A program made the translations under genes and the position numbers. From Massalongia carnosa (Eukaryota): 64,000 bases of DNA. Positions 1 to 13,082 of this stretch are shown here, piece by piece. The DNA is taken from assembly GCA_965645245.1 (NCBI GenBank), contig OZ287082.1:930001-994000 (forward strand), written 5' to 3'. Numbering within the stretch: position 1 is the first letter of the stretch; every line of letters begins with the position of its first letter. The notes beneath the pieces are model-generated. The model searched no databases. It was not told the DNA's origin and saw only the letters and a program-made list of their open reading frames with translations.

Positions 1-984
1 TTAAGGGCTGAGAATTACGTCGATTGAATTGCAGCCAACTTTCAATAGTGGACCGCAAATTCTCGGAAACTATCTGTGATTTTTTGGTAACTGCTCGTGG
101 AGAAATACCGACTCGATTCCTGAAGTTATTAAACCACCCAACAGAGAATTTGAAGCCTAGATACTCATTTCTTTTCCCCGCTTTTCGAATAATTCGATGT
201 GGATACAAGTCGGCATATATATGTTTTCCCTGACGTATAATCCATCGTTTATCAACCTTCATTCCAGCTTCTCTTTTGTCTTTAAACAGCTCAATCAGCT
301 GTCTTTCCAACTCCGGTTCCTGACAGCCAGTATTGAGAGGTCTGTTTTTTCTGATTCCAGTACTCATGTTTTCGATTACGGAGCTTGTTTTTAACCATCT
401 ACGAAGCATAGCTAGACCAATTCCTAGATTTTTTGCAGCTTCGTATTTACTAATAAGCTTAAGAGTTCCGTCTTTTTGAGTCTTCCAAGTTGTTGTAGCA
501 TAGTTGATAGCAGCTAACTTATTCTCTCGTGTGTAGGATTTTCTTCGACGAGTGATTTCATCATCCGAATTTCTATTAGACACGTCATCAGCCGATTCAC
601 GTATCAAACGAAACTGTTCAGTTATCTGAGTATTGTCTCCGAAAGATGTCTGAGATGACTGTGAATAGCCTGATTTTTTGACACTTGACGCCTATAAGCT
701 TCTGGAAACAACTGATTTTGTACGAGGACCGGTACGAGTCTTTTTAGGAGATATATGTGGGGGGGCCATATTGAGATGTATAGGAAGGGCAATGATCAAA
801 AAAAGAGAAAATGTATTGGGGGGTGGCGGGAAAATTTTTTTTTTCACCCGTTGTTATAAGCCCCTATTTGACTATAAAAATGATTTGGCTATTAACCCCT
901 TTTGGCTATAAACCCCCGTTCAAAATCACCTCGGTTCAGTCATCTTAGCTATACGCCCCGAGGCTTATATGGGAAATTATACGG
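1..984 (-). mobile_element. pogo/Tc2-like DNA transposon, 5' part (runs off the window start); transposase ATG at 769 with an in-frame TAG at 692-694
   Basis: Manual minus-strand translation gives RRKSYTRENKLAAINYA...FKFSVGWFNNFRNRVGISPRAVTKKSQ (CENP-B/Tc5-type HTH). The end reads TA|CCGTATAATTTCCC on the minus strand (TA at 985-986), with repeated TATAAGCCCC-like subterminal motifs. Confidence 0.8.
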
Positions 985-1030
985 TACTTGCTTGCTGTGC
1001 TTTTTAATATATTTGTTGGAAAACGACTTT

Positions 1031-1391
1031 TGTTACGTTCTACTTAGAGGCTAGTCATAGAAACGTCATAAACGAAGACAATAACGATAAAGAGAAAAGA
1101 AGGACATCAAAGGTCGGACGCGCTTCTATAAAGCAACGCGTTCTCTAGTCCTCATGTAGTAAGATAGCAAAAAAGTTTTCCGCGTTATCTCGTGACTCCT
1201 GTCATCCGGTCAGCAGGTTCATCTGCGATTTCCGTAGATGCTCGATTAGGTTTAAGTTCTAAAGCAATTGTAGTATATTTATGTTTTATTTCGTTGAAAA
1301 TTTTTGATAATCGATCTGATAATCGATTTGATTAAATCGCAGAAACACGGAAAACAACAATATGTCGATCCGCCTTCGGCATACCGTAACA
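1031..1391. mobile_element. possible solo LTR
   Basis: Termini TGTTACG...CGTAACA (7-bp inverted); no TSD found. Confidence 0.35.
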
Positions 1392-2304
1392 AGAGCTCAG
1401 TTAGGCCTAGTGCCACCTGCTAGCCTAACACGCTATCGCGGGACGGGAGAATCTCATTGGATATTATGAACACATCAGCGTTGATTTAGAGGAATAGTGA
1501 TCAGACGTGATCAGATGTGATCAGTCTGCCTAAAGAGGAAATCTACCGCGGTAGATTTAGCGATAGTTACGGGACATCGCTGCGGTCGGCATAGTCTGAT
1601 CACCTCTGATCACCTGTACCCTGCACCTTGTTTTGGATAGGACTTGGACTCCTATATATACGCTCGTTATGTCTAGATAGGAACAGCAGTGTTCAACTAC
1701 TATAGCTTATCAATAGCTCGTACAGAGTCTTAGCAAAGATAATCGCTCTGAAGTCTGCTCTCCATCTTTGCCAAGCCTCCATTCCCCTGTGGCGGAAAGA
1801 CAGCCCCTTGGAATCTTACACTTTGAACACTCCTGACAGAGCAACACTTCACCACCGAAAACATGTCCAGCATGGCAGGCATTATCCAGGAACCCACCCC
1901 TCTACGAAGAAAGGGAAGTTACAGCCAAACTACCCAAACTACCCACACCGGACCTATTCAAGCGAGAACCAGGAAAGATCAAGGACTTCCTGATCCAGCT
2001 GAAATTATACATGCGATTCAACAGAGGATCATTCCCAGACGACCAAGAGAGGATACTATACGCCTCATCATTCATGCGAGACAAAGCTGCCAGATGGATG
2101 AACCCCTTAGTCAGAGATTACTTGGAGAATGACCGGGCCGAGTGGGAAGACGTCACAAGAAAAGTATTCCAGAACTATGAAAGATTCGAAAACGAGTTAC
2201 GATCTATGTTCGGAGACGTCGACGAAGAACGTACAGCAGAAAGAAGAATGCTGGAGTTGAGGACAGTTAGGGTCCGCGGCCAGCTATGCAGCAGAATTCC
2301 TTAA
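1392..2304 (+). mobile_element. Ty3/Gypsy remnant: 5'-truncated LTR (ends CTTACA at 1820) plus frameshifted, truncated gag
   Basis: TATA at ~1653. Gag motifs YASSFMRDKAARW and FENELRSMFGDVDEERTAERRMLEL. PBS TTGAACACT (1823-1831) is complementary to LTR AGTGTTCAA (1688-1696). Confidence 0.75.
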
Positions 2305-3206
2305 GGCAACTTACTTAGCCTCAACTTCTAGTCATGGAACATCTAAACTGCTAGTACGTGACTAAGAAATTGCGCATGAATACATTCCAGAATAAGCTAT
2401 TTACTAGTGGTTAAGGTAGAGCCTAATTGGAATGCGCATAATGACTATACGATTAGACATTGGCAGCGAGAAGAGGCTAAGAGAGAGCGGAAGAGAAAGC
2501 TTGAACTCGAAAGTGAGGCTGTTTGGGAAGGGAGTCGTTGGCTTTCTCGCATCGTTCCTTGCCTATTTCCTGACTGAATTTTGCCTACCCACATACTCTT
2601 TTTAAAACAATATGCCGGTAAACCCAAAAACAATCAAGGGCGAAACTCGCCACCAAATAACTCAAGATCCCGTGCTTCATTATATGGCATTCCTGCTTTT
2701 CTCCCAGCAAAGTAAACACAAACTTCCTCAGTCACACGGTTCGCTAAACATCTCTTCACCATTACAAGGAGCTAGGTTGAGGTTAGTAATGCCTAGCATG
2801 ACGCTCAGCACGAGTCAGAGAATAGATCTTGATCGAACATAGCTGCAAACATCTGGCTGAATGATGTGGCTAACATAGTGCATCACTATGAACCACTTTG
2901 ATACTCTACTATCTATTATCTCATCTTGTGAAGAGTAGCTCTAGAGCTAGAATTAACTTATTGACGCCCTCACGAACTCCGCTCCTTGTAAGCCATCTGA
3001 CCAAATCTAGAGCATGCGTAGAGGCCACCGAGCCTCGAACGGAACGTTCAACCTGAGCTGTTGGGCAGAAACAAGAGATATGGCGGACACCAATACGGGA
3101 ATGGATGGATATATAAAGCCTTGAGCTTTCTCCGCACTTGAATTGTCAGTGCTTATTCTATTTGCACAACAGATAACCTACATTGGGTGAAGCTGTATTT
3201 ACAAAT

Positions 3207-3555
3207 ATGCCTATCGCTATGCTGGAGACCCTTGTTCATGGGAACGGATTGTCGCCGCTCAAGGCAGGAGACGTGGCTTCATTCTTTGTTGCAGGCAAAC
3301 TTGAGAACCTCACTCATCGGAAATTAAGATTTCTGCCTCATAAGAAGCGTTCCTTTCTAGGTAATTTTTAGTATCTCTTATGAATTGTACAGATATTAAA
3401 GTCTAGACTACAGAGGAAGCATTGATTGGCATGTCTTTGGGTGAAAAGGCAATACTCTGCATGTAAAGACGATCCCTCTCGTCAAAGAGAAACTAGCTAA
3501 CTTACTTTGCAGCTCGCCCCTTGTCCCGATGAGAATGAAGCGCAATATCAATGGT
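3207..3555 (+). pseudogene. degenerate FKBP-type peptidyl-prolyl isomerase-like gene
   Basis: Exon 1 MPIAMLETLVHGNGLSPLKAGD..VAGKLEN. After putative introns (3361-3392; 3463-3512 with GCTAAC branch) it reads EEALIGMSLGEKAILCISP, resembling FKBP12 MSLGEKAILTISP. One in-frame TAG. Confidence 0.45.
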
Positions 3556-4191
3556 AGTATCTATTAAGTGACTTCTTTATAGCTTAGGCTTATTGAAAGC
3601 TCGCAGCGTTTTGGAAGTGTGGGGTTGCAACAAAAACGAAGTCCATGAGCGAGTGAAGAAAATGCGACTTCAACAAAGCAACGCCATTATAGCAAACTGT
3701 CAAAACATTACTATGGCTTCATGGGAACGGTATTTCAAAGAAGACTCAAGGTATAAAAGTAAAGGAGTACGGAAAAACCGTAAAAAGCTCAATCTCGTTG
3801 CGCCTGGAACTCGAACGGGCATATAAGATCATCGAACCTTCCCACAATCAGACTGTCGAATTTGAGGTATTGCGGACAGTATGGCTAAGGAGGTGAACGA
3901 GACAGACTTCATGGCAGAGGCCCATTATAGGGAAACGACAGAAAGACTCGAGGCGAGAATCGTGGCACTAAGGAAGAGTTGAAAATGGTCAGCGTTGTCA
4001 TGACTCGCACTTGAAAAGGAAGCATACAGCACATAAAGGGAGGTTGGAGATATCCTGCGCAAAGGCTGATCAAAACTCGCTTTTCGTCGTCTAAAAAAGT
4101 GCTATATAGATCATGCCTTGAAGCCTAGATTTCAAACAAGGAGATATTCAGATGAACTGTAATAATGTTTACTATCAATAAAAAAAAAGAA

Positions 4192-4305
4192 CGTTCTTCC
4201 GGGGAATCGAACCGCGGCGCGACGATACATTCGCACAGAACCACCCGAGAACCTCTCGAGGCGGGTTCAGAGCGGGAATGTTCCGCCACGGAGCCATCAA
4301 GATCG
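4192..4305 (-). ncRNA. tRNA-like Pol III unit (tRNA pseudogene or SINE head) with a long internal hairpin
   Basis: Minus strand: A-box-like TGGCTCCGTGG, B-box GGTTCGATTCC, terminal pairing CGATCTT/AAGAACG (6/7), and a T-run terminator immediately downstream (4180-4188). Confidence 0.5.
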
Positions 4306-4784
4306 AAAGAGAAGAACTTATAATAAGATTTACAGTCACTAGCCACCACATCGCAACAGCGGCCAGCTATTATATGCTCAGCCCTGTCATCGGCAAATGC
4401 GTATTCGCAAATTACTTCGATCAGGTGCTCTAAACGAGATGGGCGACGGGCGACTCCAATAGACGGCATTGCATCGACGGCTATGAATGAGGCCATGTCA
4501 AAACCCAGCATATAATGCAAGCCACTGAAGATACGCCCCAGAAGAGCTATTCAGGAACGAATAGCATATAGATTAGGGAACAGATCTGACTTCTCTGACT
4601 TTAGAACTAGTATTCCAGTGACAAACCTGCTCTGTTGAGCGTATTTTCCGCACCTCGTCCATCATTCTGGCCGTTATCCGCCGTGTAATTGTTACACCAA
4701 AAATATATGTGGAGTCAATAGTGAGGCTCTTACTCCGTGTATGAATCTTTGTACTCGTAAATATATACACATTTTTCTGCCTTT

Positions 4785-5996
4785 CTATGTTCCATTTGTG
4801 TGCCGTAGCGTAAATACAATTGTGCTCTTTCTCCCTTTCTCCCTACCTATGTGATAAGGTTTTCGCTCTGGAGCCCATCTCACTGGAGACATTGATATCC
4901 GTCCACTCCGTGTCTTGATAATTTCATGGGCAGGCTGCTGTCGCCGTGGGGCCGGCCGCCGCTTAGACCGTGCTCGGTCTAGAGATCGAGGCGGCCCCGT
5001 GCCGCGGCGTTGTCTATCTGACAGTGATTTCACGCTGGCATTTGAGAAGCGTTTTGCCTTAGACACCCTCTGCGGACGAGATTGATGGAGTGACGTCTCT
5101 TCCTCCTTGGTCAGCCGAGGCGTTGTCTCTTGACGCATCGGTGCCTGCGGGATGGCATCCAAATCCTGGATGGTAGGTGCGAATTCGGGCTGCCTGGGCT
5201 TCTGGATCAGCGTGTTCCGCTTCTTCGACTTGACCTTCATGACCTTGGCCTGACCGAGGACCGCAGAAACCTTTGCTCTTCGCTTCCGACCGCCACAAGC
5301 CGAGGTCCTCGGGCCGGCCTTGAAAAGAATAGCCTGATCGTTATTGTCTTCTTGGAGAGAGGATGTCGGATGTCCCGGATCCATCGTCTGTCGTTGTTGC
5401 TCGATCCAGTTCAGCAGAGCCTTGTGCCGTTCTAGGTCCCGTTCACCGCACTCCAGGATGTGCTCAAGGGCTTCTACGTTCCCTGCTGCGCGTTTAGAAC
5501 CTGAGGCGTTCGTGTCGCTAGCTAGCTTCCAAGTGTCATATAAGCTTTGTTTCGACTTGTCCAGTTCCGCTTCAAACCGCTCAAGTTGTATGAGATGGTA
5601 GTTTTGAAACTCAATCTAATTTTCCAGCTGACGCTGCTGCCTTAGGTCCAACAGGAGGCGGACATCACCACTCAGGCCATGTCTTCACCGACGCTCACGA
5701 ACCTCGTCCACAAACTCGTCAAAGCTATCGTTTCGAAAACGGCGCTGGCGCAGCTGATCCGCGCGCAATTTCCGCCAGTCCGATGCTTGGGCGCAAAGAA
5801 CAACATCGTCTTTCCGTAGTAACGATAGCCAATACCGCACGATTGCCTGGAACTTCTGGGGGATATTTCGCAGAGTGGTGTCGAGGTCCGACGGGTAGCA
5901 GGGAGGACAGCCAGCGTCTTCCAGTTCCTTCCGCGCCTTGGCCTCAAGTTGGCGAGAATATTCATTTTTCTCGTCCTCGTCCACCGGCGGTGTCAT
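4785..5996 (-). pseudogene. hypothetical fungal protein (GCPPCYP / IEFQNYHL / LLNWIEQQR motifs, basic low-complexity tail) with two in-frame stops
   Basis: ORFs 5685-5996 and 4785-5384 are in the same frame and read through TGA and TAG stops as protein-like sequence. Confidence 0.6.
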
Positions 5997-6819
5997 AGAC
6001 CTACGTTGTCACAGTATTAGTATAGGGACGAAACGTAGGGATGTTTGGACGAACTGTAGTCTCGACGCGAGAGCATTTGCCGCCTGCAGTTGTCTAAGAA
6101 GCAACGTTAGCTTGGCTCTTCAGGGCCATTTTAATATTTCTCAGCCTGTACTGTGCTTTATTGAGAACTACGGTCCGCTGCGATTCTGATAGTGTCGAGA
6201 CTTCCGGGATTGTGACCATCCTGTGCACCGAAGGCAAGCGTCAGTACTGCCGTCTGCGATTGTTGTTTGGTTGGTGAGCGATCACATATCTGAAATCATG
6301 GTAGTCTTTAATGATGGTACGGGCAGCTAAATCATCAATTAAAGACTTAGTCGAAGTGGAGGAAGAAGCCATGACGGAGAAAGAAATGCGTTATAGGGCA
6401 CGCAGGTGAAAGGTAAGTACGAAGTAATTAGGGATCGACGATCTGGAGGGCGGAACTGGAGAAACATGCACCCCGGCGGGCCCCATAACATCATGACCGT
6501 AGGGCTGGGCTGCACCCTGTCTGATTCGACTAATAGCATGTACTAAGTACACAGAGGTCTTGACGCAGGGGACAGCGTCCATCCATAACGGTTGGTGCAG
6601 CCAGTTAGAGACGCTATTCGGCTAGCGAAGGATGGACGACGAGACAGGCGCGGTGGGAAGGAATAAAAGCGTTGAGTCGGTACATGTACAGGTTTCCCGT
6701 CTACTTCACCTTCCAAGCTTCCATCTCTTCTCCTCATTTCATGGCAACTACAGTGGCTAGCCCACTCAAACTACCTCACAACACTTAGAATAAGAACAAC
6801 TCCAGATTATGTGATTAAA

Positions 6820-8471
6820 ATGTATGGCAACAACGTCTTCGCGGTACTGACCGCGTTCGACCAGCGAAACATGGCCAACAGTGCCTTCGGGCTAGCACAT
6901 AATTCGCAGTGGTTCAGCAAAGCAGAAGGCGGCGTCGCCAAAGAGCCCACCATTGACAGTCGAGAGACCACTCCCGCCGCCGGCGACGATGCGAAATCCG
7001 AGGAGTTGAACGAGAACAGGAATGAGAACAGCGGACCCGGCGCCGTTGACCGCCTCGTTGTCACTTTCGACGGGCTACTGGAGAAGCTCCATAACGGGAT
7101 ACAGCTGGGAACGAACCCGAACTTGTCCCACATCCTCCTAGGGCATCGAGGAACGAAAGGAATCAACGCGAGGCAGTGCAACATTACCGTGGACGATAAA
7201 CTCTGCGTCTGGTTACACGACTACCACTCGACGCACGGGACCGCAGTTGGGCATGATCATCAGAACGAAAGGGAGGTGCGAAGAAAGGAGACGTAGATTC
7301 TGTCATACGAGCCCGACGCTGTGAATCAATTCGGAGTGACAACGATCCATTCCGGTACCCTTGCCGACCCCCGGTGAGCGGCCCATCTACTACAAAGGAA
7401 AGAGTATTGGAATGGGTGAGTTTGGTGAAGTCCACTTGGTCTTCAGGGCGCGCGATGGGCTCGTCTTTGCCGCAAAGACGTTCAAGCCTCCGCCCAACAA
7501 GAGAAAGCGAAAGGAGGAGCTCCCCGCCTGGCTCACGCGGGTACGGAGGGAGTTTACCCTTATGAGGGACAACCCTCATGTAAGTTGCGCCACGGCTATG
7601 CTCGCTGTGACCATGAATGATGACGCTGACTGATCGTGTAACAGCCCAACGTGGCGCAGGTGTTTGAACTTTGGGAGACACCAGAGCCCACGGATCATCA
7701 TGGCCTATTATCCTCATGGGAACATGGTGGACGCCCGCGTCCTTGATGAGGCTCGACGCATGAGTGGTTTTGGACAGATTCTCGAGGCTCTCAGTCATCT
7801 TCATGCAAAGGCGTAGTGCATCGCGATCTCAAACCCGAGAATTTCCTGATCGAGTTCGAGCCGTACTTCAAGATCGTCATCACCGATTTTGGCTTGGCCA
7901 ATGTCGTAATAGACAATGCTTGGCTAAAGACTTTCTGTGGTTCACTCAAGTATGCGGCACCGGAGGTGTTCCCCGGTTTCAGCCAGGGTCATGGGCTCCT
8001 GGCCGACGTTTGGTCCATGGGCGTCATCGGCATTGAATAGATATATAACATTCCAGCACACCCAGATGTTCCCACGTCGGAAGAGCAGGGACGAGAGATT
8101 CCATCAGAAATATGGCAAATGGATTACGACTTGGGCGCGGGACTTGCTCCGCAAGCTGGACGACAAAGACGAAGACGGAGACCGGTTAATCAAAATCCTC
8201 GTTCATATGGTCGAGTTCAGGGTCAGCAGACGAATGGGCTGCGAAGAAATGTCTGATGCAGGGTTTGGACACTGGCTTATTTAATAGGAGGAAGGTGGAC
8301 GGTCTCATCATATGTGCAAAAAACCAGGAGGACCTAGAGGCCGGGACAAAGACGCCCACTCCGCCATCACCGTTGGTTAGGGCATCGCTGCCGCAGCCAG
8401 GCATCGACCCCGACGCCACCATTATACTGGAAAACATGTGGAGTGGCGGAGAATTGTCAAGTTCGCGTTGA
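6820..8471 (+). pseudogene. FHA-like domain plus Ser/Thr protein kinase pseudogene
   Basis: FHA-like motifs GTNP..SHILLG and DYHSTHGTAV. Kinase motifs GMGEFGEV, AAK, HRDLKPEN, DFG, YAAPE, DVWSMG. Intron 7580-7644; several stops and frameshifts. Confidence 0.85.
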
Positions 8472-8668
8472 AAGATCCTTCCCAGTACTTTAAATAGAAT
8501 AATCTAAGTCTGCTTCTCCATCATTTTTCCTGATCTCAGTAGATCTCAGTAGATCTAAATTGTTAGAGCGGAATCATCGATAACTCTAAAAGTTGGTATT
8601 TTTATGAATTGTTCGAAATCACAGAACAGTGTAAATCTAAAGTGGTTTTAAGGTTTGGATCGTGGACG

Positions 8669-9488
8669 TATCATACGAACATGATAGGGAATATCGCGCT
8701 AAGCCTCACAATTACCTACTTGACCTCGCACCGTGACACTACGTTCGACCAGCCTATTCACCTGGTGCATCATCATCATCATGTCTATCAATCTCGACCC
8801 CCCCACCTCCGTTTCCAGTCCCAGCGACCTGAGCAATGCTGTGCAGCAACAGCCACAGGCATGGCTCGAGTTCTTTCTTCGCATCACCAACTTCTCGTCC
8901 AATGCTCAGGAAATCATCACCACTCTCGAGAACGACAAAGCAATCGCAAAATCTTCTCTTGAACAGGCCAATGCCACTATGACCGAAAATGCAATCACCA
9001 TGGCCGCCGGTCAGGCTGTCATAGACGAACTTCGTACAAATCTTGCCGACGCATCCTCACAGTCTAATAAGTCGCACCGCTCTACCAAGCATCCGGACCC
9101 ATCCCCCTTTGGTGGCGATAAGGCAGAACTTCGGGGATGGATGACACAACTCCGAATCAAGCTGAACATTAATAAGGACCACTACCCCACCGAACAGAGC
9201 AAGCTCGCTTATGCACTAAGCCGCTTGAAGGAAAAAGCATTGGAACAACTGCAACCATATCTGGAAAGAGATGGAAACATTGCTCTTGCTGATATGGACG
9301 CGTTTTATATCAATTTGCAATTGGCCTTCGGTGATCCCGATAGAAAAGCTACAGCACAGAGGGAACTGCGACAGCTCAGACAAAAGAATAAAGACTTCTA
9401 CCTATACCTATCCGACTATCAGCGTCTCGTTCCGGACACAGGCTTCGATGATGAAGCCAAACGTTCTATTCTTCTGGACGAAGGATGA
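8669..9488 (+). mobile_element. Ty3/Gypsy remnant: LTR end (GTGACA at 8738), PBS and truncated gag (ATG 8781); related to the element at 54512-60113
   Basis: PBS CTACGTTCGACC is the same as in the full-length element. Gag shares KHPDP..GGD.AELR.W.TQLR.KL and LAFGDPDRKATAQRELR. Left boundary is approximate. Confidence 0.85.
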
Positions 9489-10071
9489 TGTGGGTCTCGA
9501 TTAGAGGAGTATTGCGCAGAGGGAACGTGAGGTACGATGCGAATATGAATGGCGTGGTTATCGTCTGCACAATATAAGTAAAGTCGCACGAATTGGAGGG
9601 AGGATCAAACAGTTCAGCTGATTCTCACCTTTGTCGGTGAGGTATTTAAGTTGCGTCGATGAAAAATCGTAAAGTGGGGTCGGGTTCTTTCAACGTAGGC
9701 GGCAATCTGCGCATTTAAGAGGCTGTTCAGAGAACAAGTCGGAGCATAGTAAAAGCGCACAGCGCAAGATGAGGTAAAAGTGAACGTTGATGCTCAACGG
9801 AAGGTGGGTTCCTTAGGAATTCACCACTGCACCCTGGCATTTCGTTGCCGAGGTTGCACTAGCACAGGGCGATCACTTTCACCCAGCCAGCTTTCTTCCC
9901 AAAACTGCATTGTTCTTTTCAAAGCTGTATAACGACCTGTCATAAAAGTATCTAGAAATTCATAAGAAGTTTTCTTCCAGTCCTGTTCCGATCCAGTCTC
10001 CAGCAGTACGACCCTCAATTCGCGACGAGACTTTGCCCGGCGTCTTCTGGCCCGGCGCCTTCTGTCTCGAG

Positions 10072-12504
10072 ATGGCCAACCTTTCACAAGACGATCGAAA
10101 TGTCATCGCAAAGCATCCTTTGGACAACTCTCTAGATCATTTACGGGACTCACTTCAGGCAGAGCAATCTTACGAACCTAGCTCGACTTCTTACGATGCT
10201 GCTGGTGACAATCGTGGTCAGGGACCCCTAAAGGCAGTCTCAAGACTTCTCAATACCTTGCAAGGCCACGATGTCGCCCTTACTCTTCGATCAAAGATCG
10301 CAGCCGGAGATCTAGCTTCTGAGTTATACAACCTCTTCAGACGTGTCCGAAATGGCGATTTCAACTATAAACACTACCTCGCGCTGTCACGCCTTGTCGT
10401 CAGAAAAGCCCCTGATGTCGACATCTGGAATGCCGTCTTCGACCTCATCACCACCGTCTCTCGAACGACCCCTCCTACAAGCATTCCTCTCTCGTGCGAC
10501 GGCACGCCCATCACGCACTCCTCCGCATCGCAGCAGGCTAGCGAACAAACTCGCCGTGAAGTGGAAAAAAGGGTTTTCGAGGAAATCATGGGCTGTACAT
10601 TCCGAAATGTGGAAGGATTCTTCCCGAAATACTTTGAAGGAAAAGATTGGACCGAGCGTACCAAGGAGATATATCGAGCCGTGCAACATCGACATGTCAA
10701 CGGCAGGTGGACCGATTTCCCTCATCCGCCGGTGCAGAACGCTCTTCTCGAATGGTGGTTCGCTTTCCAGAAGGAGTTTCTAGCCGACGCTCGAGGTGTC
10801 TACTATACAAGTGAGAGCAGCAAAGACCTCACAGGCGCTGAAGCTCGACGTCAACTTGATGTCTTTGTCAAGCCTAGCGGCAAAAACATTTCGAACACAG
10901 TACATGATTGGAAGGACGTTGAAGTGATTGGTGAACTTAGGGAGTCCGACAGAGAATGGAAAGTTAAATTGCTCCAACTTGGCAGGTATATGCGCGATGT
11001 CTTTGCCACTCAGCCAACTCGCCGATTTATTCACGGATTTACTCTCCTCGGATCTACCATGGAACTGTGGGTTTTCGACCGCTCCGGTCCTTACAGCTCA
11101 GGAGTCTTCGATATCCATAAGGAACCTGAGCAATTCATCAGAGCTATTGCAGGGTATACGATGATGAGCGACGAAGAGCTGGGCTTGGATACGTTCACGG
11201 ACCAGGACAAGGAATACCGATCTATCACTATTACCGAAGATGGGACTGACAAGGAGACAAGACTACAGCTTGAGCCGGATCTTATTGCATATCAGCGGGC
11301 AATTGTCTGTCGTGGCACTTCTTGCTTTCGTGCCGGTGTTTCAGGTTCTCAGGATTCGCGGTATGTTGTTAAATTCTCCTGGACATCTGATAAACGACAA
11401 TCAGAAGCAGATCTTCTCAGATTAGCACGCGAGAGAGGAGTAAAGGGAGTCGCCAAACTATTTGGTCACCGCTGCATCACCAATATCGCGGACATGCGCG
11501 AAGGATTGACTTTTACGAAGATGCATAACTTTCGAAACACCACGTTCAGTCCGTCCTTTTCGCAGTCTCAACCACAGAACCTCCTTTGTCAATCGTTCAG
11601 TCAGCTTCATGGTCTGAGCATCGCCGGTGGTTCCCCAAGAAAACGAAAGTCTGTAGATGCGGGAGGGAGGCCGTCCAAAAGATCAAGGTCCAACATCCAG
11701 AGATCCGATATGATCAAGCAGGAAAAGGAGGTAACAAAGACCGTGGAAGATACCCAGACAGCGAGTCTATATGGCCCCAATGAGAGTTCATTCGACAACC
11801 GCATCTTTCGCTGCTTAGTAATCTCCCCGGCCGGCCGGGGTATCCGTGATTTTCAGTCAACCAAAGAGCTTTTAGAGGCACTTCGCGATGCAATCAAGGC
11901 GCATAGATCCTTATACCTTGTAGGCAATATTCTTCATAGGGACATCTCAGAGAACAATATCATAATAACAGATCCAAAGAAAGCTGATGGCTTTACGGGC
12001 ATGCTGATCGACTTAGACCTTGCCAAGAAGATGAATAGCGGGCGAGGTGGCGCACGGCATCAGACAGGCACTATGGAGTTTATGGCGATTGAAGTGCTAC
12101 GCAGAGTCGCTCATACCTATCGGCATGACCTCGAGTCGTTCTTTTATGTGCTTCTATGGATCTGCGCTCGTCGTGCGTGGGAAAGGGAATTTGGGTGCAA
12201 GTTGGTGGATAGACCCAGGAAAAGCATTTTAACGAAGTGGTACACGGGCGATTATGATGATATCGCTCGAAGTAAACGAGGCGATATGGGTGTTGACGGG
12301 TTTGAGGAACTCTTGGAGGAACTTCCACAGATATTCGATTGTGTCAAACCCCTTTGTAGAGAGATAAGGGGTATACTATTCCCGTATAAGGATGGGCTGT
12401 TCACCGGAACCCCGCTGGATCCAGAGGAGCTATACGGGCCTATCCTTAAGGCATTCGATAAGGCTATAGCTGAGATAACCCGCGCGGAGGGGAGCTTGGG
12501 ATAA
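10072..12504 (+). CDS. FunK1-family fungal protein kinase (~810 aa, intact, no intron apparent)
   Basis: VIGEL, QPTRRFIHGFTL, WVFDRSG, RAIVCRGT, VVKFSW, LHRDISENNII, LIDLDLA, TGTMEFMAIEVL, HTYRHDLESFFYV. Confidence 0.92.
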   Translation: MANLSQDDRNVIAKHPLDNSLDHLRDSLQAEQSYEPSSTSYDAAGDNRGQGPLKAVSRLLNTLQGHDVALTLRSKIAAGDLASELYNLFRRVRNGDFNYKHYLALSRLVVRKAPDVDIWNAVFDLITTVSRTTPPTSIPLSCDGTPITHSSASQQASEQTRREVEKRVFEEIMGCTFRNVEGFFPKYFEGKDWTERTKEIYRAVQHRHVNGRWTDFPHPPVQNALLEWWFAFQKEFLADARGVYYTSESSKDLTGAEARRQLDVFVKPSGKNISNTVHDWKDVEVIGELRESDREWKVKLLQLGRYMRDVFATQPTRRFIHGFTLLGSTMELWVFDRSGPYSSGVFDIHKEPEQFIRAIAGYTMMSDEELGLDTFTDQDKEYRSITITEDGTDKETRLQLEPDLIAYQRAIVCRGTSCFRAGVSGSQDSRYVVKFSWTSDKRQSEADLLRLARERGVKGVAKLFGHRCITNIADMREGLTFTKMHNFRNTTFSPSFSQSQPQNLLCQSFSQLHGLSIAGGSPRKRKSVDAGGRPSKRSRSNIQRSDMIKQEKEVTKTVEDTQTASLYGPNESSFDNRIFRCLVISPAGRGIRDFQSTKELLEALRDAIKAHRSLYLVGNILHRDISENNIIITDPKKADGFTGMLIDLDLAKKMNSGRGGARHQTGTMEFMAIEVLRRVAHTYRHDLESFFYVLLWICARRAWEREFGCKLVDRPRKSILTKWYTGDYDDIARSKRGDMGVDGFEELLEELPQIFDCVKPLCREIRGILFPYKDGLFTGTPLDPEELYGPILKAFDKAIAEITRAEGSLG

Positions 12505-13082
12505 TTGGGCTCTATATCTTACAATAATTATCACACATCGAAAATTGTGCCCAGCTCACTACCAGTACCGAGTTAGCTTGCCTTGCTATGATAAGCTTTC
12601 TGCCACGTCCTTTCCTTTTGCTGAACAGGTCAAGCCATAACATTTGGTCCTCATAAGCAGAACCACTAAAACTCCAAAAACGAATTTTCGTTTCAATGTG
12701 TCCCAGCTTCGATTATACTCGGATTAATTCCGTCAAATCTTATTGATTGTCTCCAACTCCACCTCCCTTACGCTCGAATAACCCTAATCATATTTTGTGA
12801 GTTCATGATGACCCAATGCCGGTGGCCTTGCTATACAACCCCCAATTAAGAGCACTTCTACGCAAGGATATATACAATCCAGCTATCCAGCCCTACTGAG
12901 GAGATGATCGTCTCCCTCACTATCCACTATCTGATGCGAAATTTGTCTTTCCATGGCGTGGCTCGATATTGTTATGCTGATTTGTGATCATGGAAAATAA
13001 TGAGGTTACTGAAGAACGAGTGAGCGAAAGGTATTGAATAGTTGGAACGAAGTAAAGGACAGCAGGGTACTTGGCACTTTGC

